In this document: one piece after another, positions 40,563 through 49,123 of the stretch
How positions within the stretch are numbered: position 1 is the first letter of the stretch
Layout of the letters: each line of letters opens with the position of its first letter
Origin: Sideroxydans sp.
GTDB lineage: Bacteria; Pseudomonadota; Gammaproteobacteria; Burkholderiales; Gallionellaceae
Direction: 5' to 3'
Assembly: GCA_050287265.1 (NCBI GenBank)
Contig: JBNKBO010000004.1
Location: forward strand, 4,631 to 68,630
Length of the DNA stretch: 64,000 nucleotides
Made by a program: the position numbers and the translations under genes
The notes under the pieces: generated by a model
The model's database searches: none
Seen by the model: only the letters and a program-made list of their open reading frames with translations
What the model was told of the DNA's origin: nothing

Positions 40563-40701
40563 TCAGATACCGTCTTGAAAGTCAAGTTTGAGACCTGAGA
40601 AACTGGCATCAAATGGTTGTCCGGATTTGATGACACCGTAAATGAGATGCGCAAGTTTGCGCATTACCGCCCCCACCACCGCCTTTGGTGCCAGCCCCGC
40701 G
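40563..40701 (-). mobile_element. 3' remnant of an IS110-family (IS621-like) element
   Basis: Translates as AGLAPKAVVGAVMRKLAHLIYGVIKSGQPFD...LDFQDGI*, typical of an IS110 transposase C-terminus. Ends in GACGGTATCT. Confidence 0.8.
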
Positions 40702-41013
40702 AGGAAATCGATGGGAAATCGATGCGGGAAATCGATGGGGTCAGACTCCATTGATCCTTGCTCCAAATACCTAACCTACTAATTCCACAAAAGAAGACGC
40801 GGTTGACAACAGAACGTTAATGAAATGGGTCAGCTTCGGATTTGTTTTCGACTTAATATTTGTTGTCAAAACAATTGCGATATTGATCTCAATTTTCACC
40901 CACAATATTTCCATCCATAATCCGTCTTCACAGTCATCTGGTACGACCTTAACTGCTTTCCCACATAATTCTGTGGTATTGCATTGGCTGTTTAACAACC
41001 ATGGGGAAAGCAC

Positions 41014-41840
41014 TTGCGAATCCATCATCTGAATTGCGCGACGCTTTGTCCGGTGAGCGCTAAACTTGTCAATGGCACGGGGGGGCTATTTTCGCCAGCG
41101 CTATTGATCTGCCATTGTCTATTGATCGAGACCAGGAACAATTTGATTCTTGTCGATACCGGCCTGGGGGTGCAGGATTTGGCGCACCCAGACTCACTGG
41201 GGTTTATCTTTCGCAACTTCATCAGACCCAAGTTGAGTATTACGGAAACTGCGGTTGAACAGGTAAAGAAACTCGGCTTTTGTCCTGATGACGTCAGGCA
41301 TATCGTTGTCACCCATCTGGATCTGGATCATGCCGGTGGGCTGCCGGATTTTCCCGGGGCGGAGATCCATGTTTCGGGCCTTGAATATAGTTCGGCGATG
41401 GACAGCAACTCATTTCGGGACAAATTCAGATATCACCCCGAGCACTGGTCACATCAGCCGAAGTGGAATACACATGCAATTTCCGGCGAAAAGTGGTTCG
41501 GGTTTGATGCAGTCCGCACGGTTGACGAGCGAGAAACGGAGGTGTTGTTAATTCCTTTGCGGGGGCACACCACCGGCCACTGCGGCGTTGCGGTCAAGTC
41601 GGCGGACAAGTGGATTCTGAACTGCGGCGATGCCTACTTTTTCCATGCCGAGATGTCCCCCCGGCCAGTTTGCACACCGGGGCTCAGCATTTTCCAAAGA
41701 TTGCTGGAGAGTGATCATGAGGCAAGAATGAATAATCAGCAGCGCCTGCGCGAACTTAAACAAAATCACGGCAACGACATACAATTATTCTTTCTCATGA
41801 TCACAGTGAATTTTGCGAATGCACAGGTGCAAGAACATAG
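41014..41840 (+). pseudogene. MBL-fold metallo-hydrolase with a probable 1-nt deletion near the 3' end
   Basis: MRIHHLNC, LVDTG, THLDLDHAGG, GHTTGH, GDA motifs. The final His (SHD) lies in another frame from 41793, ending at TAG 41838-41840; the ORF-track frame runs on to 41928. Confidence 0.7.
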
Positions 41841-41936
41841 GGACGGAGCCCCATTTATTGATATTCGCAAGGAACGCAATGAGGGATTGCCAATGGAAAC
41901 TTGCTATTGCAGTTCTTCAGATAATTAAAACGAACC

Positions 41937-42344
41937 ATGGAGGCCACCATGCTTGAATCCCGAACGATCAGTATCTCTATCAATCGCAATTGGAACGAAA
42001 TATACGAGGCAGTCTGGCGCCCGAAAGATTTTCCAAAATGGGCTTCCGGTCTCAGCAAGTCCTCGCTTTCCAGGGATGGCGATGGATGGATGGCTGAAGG
42101 TCCTGAAGGATCAATCAGGATTGTGTTTACCGATCACAACGCTTTCGGGATCATGGATCACTATGTCACGTTAGGTGATGGATCAGTGATCTATGTCCCG
42201 ATGAGGATAATCCCCAATGGCGACGGGGCCGAGGTTCTGCTCACTTTGTTTCGCCAGCCAAGCACGTCCGATGCGAAGTTCATGGCAGATGCTGAATGGA
42301 TTGAGCGCGACTTGCTCGCGCTAAAAACGCTCGTTGCGCGTTAG
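41937..42344 (+). CDS. SRPBCC / polyketide cyclase-like protein
   Basis: SRTISISINR, FPKWASGL, YVPMRIIPNGDGAEVLLTLFRQP, ERDLLALK. Confidence 0.8.
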   Translation: MEATMLESRTISISINRNWNEIYEAVWRPKDFPKWASGLSKSSLSRDGDGWMAEGPEGSIRIVFTDHNAFGIMDHYVTLGDGSVIYVPMRIIPNGDGAEVLLTLFRQPSTSDAKFMADAEWIERDLLALKTLVAR

Positions 42345-42444
42345 CCTTCAAAGCACTTAAACAACATGGGTGCAACATCGGGTCGGAGCCCAGTTTATTG
42401 AAAGAGGATTAAAAGTGCTCAGGCCCGAATGCTCTATGCACATA

Positions 42445-43023
42445 CTATTTTGAAGGCATCTGTATTGTTATCGTTTTGGGTGTGCAAAGGGTTGAATTCG
42501 TCTTCATTATCGTCATCGGCTGGACAACCAACTTATCTGTGAACTTTGGGTAACTTTCGTCCAGAAAAATTCGAACTTTTTTCTCGTCGAGGGTGTGGGT
42601 AAAACCCAATCCACTGTCATCGAATGTGTAGTTCAGATCGCCTACATAATTTACAACACCGGGCATGACGACGAATGTGGGCGAATCGGATCCCTGGCAT
42701 GGTCCATATGTCTTTCCTTCGGGAAATATCAGGGAAACGCCTAATGCCTGTGACTCGCCAGTTCGTTTCGCCTTAACAACGATGTAGCCTTTCTCTGGAT
42801 ATAAATTGATTTCCGGAACATCCAGGTGTGGTCTATTCCAAATATTGTTCTTGGTGCTTCCGCGAGTAAGATGAATTCTGTAGTTCGGTGATAGACCAAA
42901 AACCAGTATTCCCGTTTTTGCATCCAATTCAGGATTGGATCCAACCTGAATGTTCTTTGTGGTTCCGCATGCGCTGATAAAGAGGGTGACAAACAATATT
43001 GCAATTTTGGAAAGTTTAATCAT
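42445..43023 (-). CDS. Hypothetical lipoprotein
   Basis: Lipobox ISAC after a hydrophobic leader; VVNYVGDL motif. Confidence 0.75.
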   Translation of the reverse strand: MIKLSKIAILFVTLFISACGTTKNIQVGSNPELDAKTGILVFGLSPNYRIHLTRGSTKNNIWNRPHLDVPEINLYPEKGYIVVKAKRTGESQALGVSLIFPEGKTYGPCQGSDSPTFVVMPGVVNYVGDLNYTFDDSGLGFTHTLDEKKVRIFLDESYPKFTDKLVVQPMTIMKTNSTLCTPKTITIQMPSK

Positions 43024-43070
43024 GGAATTGCCCCTTAGACATCTTGGTTAGTGGAATACCTCAGAAAAAA

Positions 43071-43370
43071 TTATTTCTTATTGCCATCATTACTTTCAAT
43101 AACCTTCAACTTGGCGGATTTGATATAGAGAACTAAAAATATTGCAATCCAGATCAGAAGCAATACCAGCAATGGCGTCTTCGGGTTCCCAGCCCCGGCA
43201 ATTGCCCCGAGCATTGCTGTAATTGTTATGCCCACGCCACTGACCAACACGACACTTCTCGGTATGACTCTAGTTTTTGCGCCGCATTTCTTGCAGTATA
43301 AGTCACGCTTCATCAGTAATATCTTACCGACCATTGGTACATCACTATTGCAGATGGGACACTTGGGCAT
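43071..43370 (-). CDS. Small protein with a CxxC...CxxC zinc-finger and two TM helices
   Basis: MPKCPIC...LYCKKC, then two hydrophobic helices. GGAGG SD before ATG 43370. Confidence 0.7.
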   Translation of the reverse strand: MPKCPICNSDVPMVGKILLMKRDLYCKKCGAKTRVIPRSVVLVSGVGITITAMLGAIAGAGNPKTPLLVLLLIWIAIFLVLYIKSAKLKVIESNDGNKK

Positions 43371-43805
43371 GCGCATTCCTCCCTTGCATTGATAATTTCC
43401 AAAACTAATCAACCACACAGAAAAAGCATATAACAGCAAAGGTACTGGAGTCGATTTATTTCAGTCTTGTCTTCCTTCAGGAACAACATGGGAACGGAGC
43501 CCAAATATATTCTGGAAAAAATGGGGCTCCGTCCCTAGTGGACCTGCAGAATTAAACGGGGCAGCCCACACAGGGCGCAATAATCAGCGGGCATTACACT
43601 AAATGTGACTTTTATATAGTCGATACAACACGCTACACTTATTTTGCAACAATCCTGCAACAATCGGAGACAGACAACGGTTCCCCACGCTATTATTATG
43701 GACATGTCGAAACACTTCGATTAAATGCGAAACGCATCACAGAATGATTGAGGCGGACGCATATATTCGGTTCAGGCGAAACCAGACATACATTAAGGAG
43801 AAATC

Positions 43806-44357
43806 GTGGGGATTCTCGATCAACTTGGCGCGCTGTTCAGGAGTGAACCGGAACCGCTTTCTGACCTGCCTCAATCAATAGCACATGAACGCCGCCTCAA
43901 GCCGCGGGTCAATGCACGTGAGGGAACGCGGGTGCTCATCATTGACGATTCGAAAACTGTCGTCTCGGCAATCAAGATATACCTGCGCTCCGTCGGCTTT
44001 GAAATCTTTGAGGCGTTCGATGCCGAAACCGGCCTGAGCACCATCGAGCAACATACTCCGGAACTTGTCTTTCTTGACATCATGCTGCCCGGCATGAACG
44101 GCTTCGCCGCGCTCCGCACCATCAGACGCAATCCACTGAGCCGCGACATTCCGGTGATCATGATGAGCGGAAACGAGCAGGCAATGGAGCAGTTTTACGG
44201 TTCGCGAATCGGCGCCGATTCCTTCATGAAAAAGCCTTTTTCACGCGAAGAGTTGTTTTTCCACATCGAAGGCCTGCTCGACCATGAAGCTGTTCCGCGC
44301 CGTATCGAATTTGTTTCCGAAGCATTCCCGGGTGACGCTGCGGCATCCATTGCCTGA
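43806..44357 (+). CDS. Stand-alone response regulator receiver (PilH/CheY-like) with an N-terminal extension
   Basis: VLIIDDS, FLDIMLPGMNG, IPVIMMSG, KKPF. Confidence 0.88.
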   Translation: MGILDQLGALFRSEPEPLSDLPQSIAHERRLKPRVNAREGTRVLIIDDSKTVVSAIKIYLRSVGFEIFEAFDAETGLSTIEQHTPELVFLDIMLPGMNGFAALRTIRRNPLSRDIPVIMMSGNEQAMEQFYGSRIGADSFMKKPFSREELFFHIEGLLDHEAVPRRIEFVSEAFPGDAAASIA

Positions 44358-44454
44358 TCCGAAGCGCAATAACCGGGAGCTGACCACGGCTTCCTGAATT
44401 AAACGGTGCAGCCTACACAGGTTGCAACCAACGTTCACGTCAAGGAAATGGAAC

Positions 44455-45030
44455 ATGCGAACAAGATGGCTCATTGCCACTGCCCTGGCCATGCTCACCG
44501 TCCACTCGTCTGCATCTGAATGCATACAAAGCCTCAAAGCAGGCTCACATGTCACCGCCATCGGCGCATTCAGCAATATGCGCTTTACCGAAGAACATGC
44601 TTATGGATACATCGTCGAGTTGTGGCGTGCGGAAGACTGTGTGTTTGGTTTGTTCCTTTCTTCCAGCGGGCTGATGGGTGACACGCCTACTGGGCGGATC
44701 GAAAATATCTCGTATGACAGGAATACTCGAAATATTTCTTTTGGCGCCCGATTAACGACAGGCGTCATTCCTGCGAGCACCGCCCCGTCAAGCGCCTGGA
44801 TCCCATCGCAGGATGCTTACAGGTTCAACGGCATTCTGGGAAATAATTCTCTGGATGGCACTTTGTCTCATGAGATATTAAATTATCCGGGCAACAAGAC
44901 TTTTGCTTCGGAAAAGCTGTCCTTACCGCTCACACACGACAAGAACATCGGAATACAGGACTACAGCGCGTTCTCGGAATGGGAGGCATATGCGAAATTG
45001 GTGCTTCGTTATCGCGGGCCGAAATGGTGA
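44455..45030 (+). CDS. Hypothetical secreted protein
   Basis: Signal peptide ending SSA-SEC; AAGGA SD upstream. Confidence 0.7.
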   Translation: MRTRWLIATALAMLTVHSSASECIQSLKAGSHVTAIGAFSNMRFTEEHAYGYIVELWRAEDCVFGLFLSSSGLMGDTPTGRIENISYDRNTRNISFGARLTTGVIPASTAPSSAWIPSQDAYRFNGILGNNSLDGTLSHEILNYPGNKTFASEKLSLPLTHDKNIGIQDYSAFSEWEAYAKLVLRYRGPKW

Positions 45031-45196
45031 TTTCGCCAGTTGATATCTTCTTTGATTTGCCGTCTTTCAGCTTCATCCTTATTTGCTGAGAACTGGTTGC
45101 CAGTCACTCTTCCAACATAGCAAGATTCGGGTCGAGTTCCACTCCTGTGCCCTTCATACTCCCTCTACACTTTGATAAACCTTTGCGTAGAGGATC

Positions 45197-45865
45197 ATGC
45201 ATAAATCTGTTACTCCCTCGATACTGTACTTTGGCACGCCTGTTGTCCTCGTCGGCACGTTGAATGAGGACGGGACGCCGAATCTTGCGCCCATTTCGTC
45301 GGTGTTCTGGCTGGGCTGGCGTTGCATGCTCGGGTTCACGACGATCTCGAAGACGCCGCAGAATATGCTGCGCATCGGCGAATGCACGATCAATCTGCCT
45401 TCGGTGAATGAGGTGGCTGCTGTGGATCGCCTGGCGCTCACCACCGGCTCCCGGCCTGTTCCCGAATTCAAGCTGCATAAGGGCTACCGGCATGAGCCGG
45501 ACAAGTTCGGTGTGGCAGGAATGACGCCAACAGCTTCTGAGCTCGTTGCCGCACCGCGTGTGCAGGAATGCCCGATACAGCTTGAGGCTGCTGTGGTAGC
45601 GACGCATCGCTTTGCGGAGGACGACCCGCTGCAGCGCGGATTTATTGTCAGCATTGAGGTTCGCATTCTGCGCGCGCATGTGGAAGAATCGTTGCTCCTG
45701 GACGGCAAACATGACCGGATCGATCCGGACAAGTGGCGTCCGCTTATGATGAGTTTCCAGCATTTTTATGGACTCGGCCCGAAACTGCATGCTTCTGCGC
45801 TCGCGAAAATTCCGGAGTCCATGTATCGCAGCCCGGATGCGGAGCGGGCGCGCCAGTCCATGTAA
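45197..45865 (+). CDS. Flavin reductase-like / FMN-binding split-barrel protein
   Basis: LYFGTPVVLVGT, PNLAPISS, ECTINLP, PRVQECPIQLEA. Confidence 0.88.
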   Translation: MHKSVTPSILYFGTPVVLVGTLNEDGTPNLAPISSVFWLGWRCMLGFTTISKTPQNMLRIGECTINLPSVNEVAAVDRLALTTGSRPVPEFKLHKGYRHEPDKFGVAGMTPTASELVAAPRVQECPIQLEAAVVATHRFAEDDPLQRGFIVSIEVRILRAHVEESLLLDGKHDRIDPDKWRPLMMSFQHFYGLGPKLHASALAKIPESMYRSPDAERARQSM

Positions 45866-45877
45866 TATTGAATCGAT

Positions 45878-46714
45878 ATGTCCGATTACGAACGCATCGC
45901 GCAGGCAATTGCTTTCATTACGAGCCAGGTGGGTAACCAGCCGTCGCTGGATGAGGTTGCTGCGCACCTGCACATGAGTCCGTTCCATTTCCAACGCCTG
46001 TTCAGCCGCTGGGCCGGGGTAACCCCGAAGCGGTATCTGCAGGTTCTCACGCTGGAACGCGCCAAGCTCCTCCTGAGGGAATCGCAATCCCTGCTGGAGG
46101 TTTCCGATGCGGTGGGGTTAAGCAGCGGCTCGCGTTTGTATGACCACTTCGTCCATCTGGAGGCGATCACGCCGGGGGAGTTTAAGTCGGGAGGTCTGGG
46201 CCTGACGATAGAATATGCGATGTTGTCTACCCCGTTCGGGGATGTGTTCATTGCCGCCACGCCCAGGGGCATTTGCAATCTTGCATTCATGGATGGGCAG
46301 GGGCTCGACGAACATCTGGCCCGGCTCTCGACAACGTGGCCTGGTGCGAAGCTGCGCAGAAACCCGGAAAGGTTGCGCGAATTCATCGCCGCAATGTTCG
46401 GCGGAAAGACAGCGGCTGATCGCCCGCTTTCGCTGCATGTCTCCGGCACCAATTTCCAGGTAAATGTCTGGAAAGCGTTGCTGCAAATTCCCGCGGGTGC
46501 GGTGACGAGCTATTCCCGGCTAGCCGAAGCCATTCACCATCCACACGCTTCACGTGCAGTCGGCCTTGCCGTCGGCGCAAATCCGGTTGCGTTCCTGATT
46601 CCCTGCCACCGGGTCATCCGGCTAAGCGGGGAAATCGGAGGCTATCGCTGGGGTGAAACACGGAAGCATGCGATACATGCGTGGGAAGCAGCGCATGCGG
46701 ACAATAAAAGCTGA
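45878..46714 (+). CDS. AraC-HTH plus methylated-DNA-[protein]-cysteine S-methyltransferase (Ada-like, no N-terminal Zn domain)
   Basis: MSPFHFQRLFSRWAGVTPKRY, GTNFQVNVW, IPCHRV. Confidence 0.92.
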   Translation: MSDYERIAQAIAFITSQVGNQPSLDEVAAHLHMSPFHFQRLFSRWAGVTPKRYLQVLTLERAKLLLRESQSLLEVSDAVGLSSGSRLYDHFVHLEAITPGEFKSGGLGLTIEYAMLSTPFGDVFIAATPRGICNLAFMDGQGLDEHLARLSTTWPGAKLRRNPERLREFIAAMFGGKTAADRPLSLHVSGTNFQVNVWKALLQIPAGAVTSYSRLAEAIHHPHASRAVGLAVGANPVAFLIPCHRVIRLSGEIGGYRWGETRKHAIHAWEAAHADNKS

Positions 46715-46737
46715 ACCATACTACCCGATCAGAACAT

Positions 46738-47058
46738 TCAGAACAGCGGCGAATCCACGTCCAGCATGTCCCAGTCGGCGCTGGTTTCGCGGCGTTCGAC
46801 AATAAGATCGGACAAGGGTCTGGCACAACAGAACAGGACCATGCCCGCTTCCTTGTCTTCAGGTGGCAATGCAATCTCGGTGGATTTGCCGTGGTCCACC
46901 TTGCCGTGCAGCAGATTGCCCTTGCACATGCTGCATGCACCATCGTTGCAGCCGTGCGGCAGGTCGTGGCCATTTCGGCGCGCGGCTTCGAGTATGGTCT
47001 CGCCCTTTTCGGCAGTGAAGTTGTGGTTGCCCGGTTGAAGTGTGATGTTAAATCCCAT
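46738..47058 (-). CDS. Stand-alone plant-type 2Fe-2S ferredoxin
   Basis: GCNDGACSMCK and LFCCARP Cys pattern. Confidence 0.85.
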   Translation of the reverse strand: MGFNITLQPGNHNFTAEKGETILEAARRNGHDLPHGCNDGACSMCKGNLLHGKVDHGKSTEIALPPEDKEAGMVLFCCARPLSDLIVERRETSADWDMLDVDSPLF

Positions 47059-47194
47059 GATGCCTTCTATTCGTCAATTAAAAACAAGTCAAACAGTTCG
47101 GCATCGAACTGTTCCCGGCGACTATGTTATCAGGTCTGTGTCTGTGTTCGCCCTGCCTTGGGCAAATTGAATGGCCGTATTTACCTGCAACAGG

Positions 47195-48142
47195 TCATTG
47201 ATATATCTCAATGCGGTTGCGGCCTCGTTGTTTGGCAAGATAGAGCGCCTGATCTGCTTCGTGAATGAGTTGGTCGAGGTCATCGGTATCTTGCGTCATG
47301 GTAAGGCCGATCGACAGCGTGGCATGTATATCGGTCTTTCGCGTACGAATTTCAAATTTTTCGACCTTGCTGCGCAGTCGCTCGGCAACCATTGTGGCTT
47401 CTGCCAGATTGGCTTCGGCCAGGAGTACGGAAAACTCTTCACCACCGTAGCGAACCAATAGATCCTGCGGACGCAGGCTTTCCTGCACGCATCTGGCGAT
47501 GCTTTTCAGTGCAGCATCCCCAACCAGGTGCCCATGTGCATCATTGATTTTCTTGAAATAGTCGACATCGAGCACCATGACCCCAAACGGCGTTTTGTTT
47601 CGCATGCAGCGCTGTATGGTGCGCGGAAAGGCTTTGTTCATCCAGTGCCGGTTATACACGCCTGTCAATGCATCGATGTAGGCCTGCTGTTCAAATATTT
47701 TTTCCCTGATTGTCGAATTGATAATGGCCTTGTTGTCGTTGCGCATGCGGCTGACAAGTATGCCCAGAAGATTTCCTGCCACCTGGTGCGAGTTGTTGAG
47801 CAATGACCAGACCGTATCGATAGGAATGGACAGGATACGCAACGGTTCGGCAGCCACGACGAGCGCTGAAGGATATTTCCCGTCAACGATTGAAATCTCT
47901 CCCACGCACTCTCCGGGACCCAGCACTGTGTACTGCTGTGACTCCTTTTCAAGCAGGTACACATTCAGGGAGCCTTCGAGTATCAGGTGGAGATGCTGGT
48001 TTTGCGAATCCGGCTCGATCAGTCTTTCGCCGGTTTTCAGGGTGCGCAGAATGCAGCATTCCAGTATGTACTTCACACTCTCAAAATCGATATCGCTGAA
48101 CAAGTCGTTTTTTTCTATCAGGGAGAGGTCTGTTGGATTCAT
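47195..48142 (-). CDS. Diguanylate cyclase with an N-terminal cNMP-binding domain
   Basis: GECVGEISIVDG cNMP motif, DALTGVYNR, RPQD I-site, GGEEF. Confidence 0.92.
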   Translation of the reverse strand: MNPTDLSLIEKNDLFSDIDFESVKYILECCILRTLKTGERLIEPDSQNQHLHLILEGSLNVYLLEKESQQYTVLGPGECVGEISIVDGKYPSALVVAAEPLRILSIPIDTVWSLLNNSHQVAGNLLGILVSRMRNDNKAIINSTIREKIFEQQAYIDALTGVYNRHWMNKAFPRTIQRCMRNKTPFGVMVLDVDYFKKINDAHGHLVGDAALKSIARCVQESLRPQDLLVRYGGEEFSVLLAEANLAEATMVAERLRSKVEKFEIRTRKTDIHATLSIGLTMTQDTDDLDQLIHEADQALYLAKQRGRNRIEIYQ

Positions 48143-48267
48143 TTCAATTATTTCCTGCAGAAATTCATCAGGCTACAGTGATACCCATGTTGCCAATGCG
48201 GACTAACATTATATAGAGCCCTGCTGTTTCGGCAAGCTGCTTTATGGAGAATAAGATATGTCGGTAT

Positions 48268-48921
48268 TCACTTCGGCGTTGCAACAATCACTTCAGTGGG
48301 CACGCCGAACTTGACGGTTATGTTGTGCTGATCCAGCGACCAGTTTGCGGGATCAAAGTACTGGCCGAGCCGGATCGGGCGGCAACCGCCCACCAGCGAA
48401 GAATGCAGGCGAAAAATCTGCGACCACAGTCCGCTGACGATGCGCGAAGCCACTGTTACCCCTTCTGTCAGGCTTGCCAGACATAGTTTGCCGCCGGGCT
48501 GCAACGCCCGATGCGCCTCGGCAATGGCCTGGCGGATGTCATCTTCGGGCAGGATGTCGAAGAGGTAGACGCAGACAACGCGGTCGACAGAATGGTCCGG
48601 CAGCGGAAACTGCATGGCACCGTTAGATTGAATAACTTTCGCGCGGTCGGCGTAAGGCGCGATGCGCCGCGTGGCAAGATCGATCATGGTGGTGCTAAGG
48701 TCGATGCCCAGATAAGTCGCCGTTGAAGGCAGGTGTTTGCTCAACAGGCGCAACGCAAAACGACCGGTGCCGCTGGCGAGTTCAAAAACGCTGGCGGCCT
48801 GTTCGAATGCGGCGTGCGCAACGAGATCGTCGAGCGCCGCATCTTCATAGAACGCCTGTGCATCCTGCTTGCTGCCGAAGCGGTCGTAGAAAGTCTGCGC
48901 CTGTTGTCGGGTGAAGAGCAT
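48268..48921 (-). CDS. Class I SAM-dependent methyltransferase
   Basis: FELASGTG, GIDLS, VDRVVCVYLFD, LQPGG. Confidence 0.88.
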   Translation of the reverse strand: MLFTRQQAQTFYDRFGSKQDAQAFYEDAALDDLVAHAAFEQAASVFELASGTGRFALRLLSKHLPSTATYLGIDLSTTMIDLATRRIAPYADRAKVIQSNGAMQFPLPDHSVDRVVCVYLFDILPEDDIRQAIAEAHRALQPGGKLCLASLTEGVTVASRIVSGLWSQIFRLHSSLVGGCRPIRLGQYFDPANWSLDQHNITVKFGVPTEVIVATPK

Positions 48922-49123
48922 GCCAGTTTCCTTCGGTTGGACATTTCTTTACATATTAAATCATGGTTATTCCGTGAAGCAGGTGATTTGGGAAAACGTT
49001 AAAATTGCCCGACAATTCTCAAAAGCACCGGGATCGACTTCATTCCAGCCATACCGTCCTGCAAATATAATTCGATGCTGGCCTTGGGATTTCCCATTCT
49101 TCCCGGAATATTTGATCATCAAT

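Larger units (their letters stand above)
40521..43537. repeat. Family of short semi-palindromic repeats, core GGG(A/T)C(G/A)GA(G/C)(C/T)C(C/G) plus an ATTTATT-like tail, separating accessory genes
   Basis: Copies at 40546-40559, 40737-40755, 41838-41861, 42379-42401, 43441-43460, 43490-43502 (+) and 43518-43537 (-). TAGGGACGGAGCCCCATTT is identical at 41838 (+) and 43537 (-). Confidence 0.75.

Noticed and set aside
40771-41032. Short ORFs 40771-41028 (-) and 40820-41032 (+)
   Set aside because: No motif, no convincing RBS and mutually overlapping; could be decayed cargo but cannot be called.
30221-41937. Identical 15-mer AATTAAAACGAACCA at 30221 and 41923, containing the ECF -10 box CGAACCA
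   Set aside because: Neither copy has GTAAC at the proper distance upstream; treated as chance.
37899-43537. Classical integron (attC sites) or CRISPR array interpretation of the repeats
   Set aside because: No intI or cas gene, genes are in mixed orientation, spacing is irregular, and no paired RYYYAAC/GTTRRRY ends with a long stem were found (only isolated GTTAG matches).
45104-46087. Minus-strand ORF containing LARPLRIR, reminiscent of Y1-transposase N-termini
   Set aside because: Antisense to the flavin reductase and Ada-like genes, with no HUH motif or catalytic Tyr context; coincidence.
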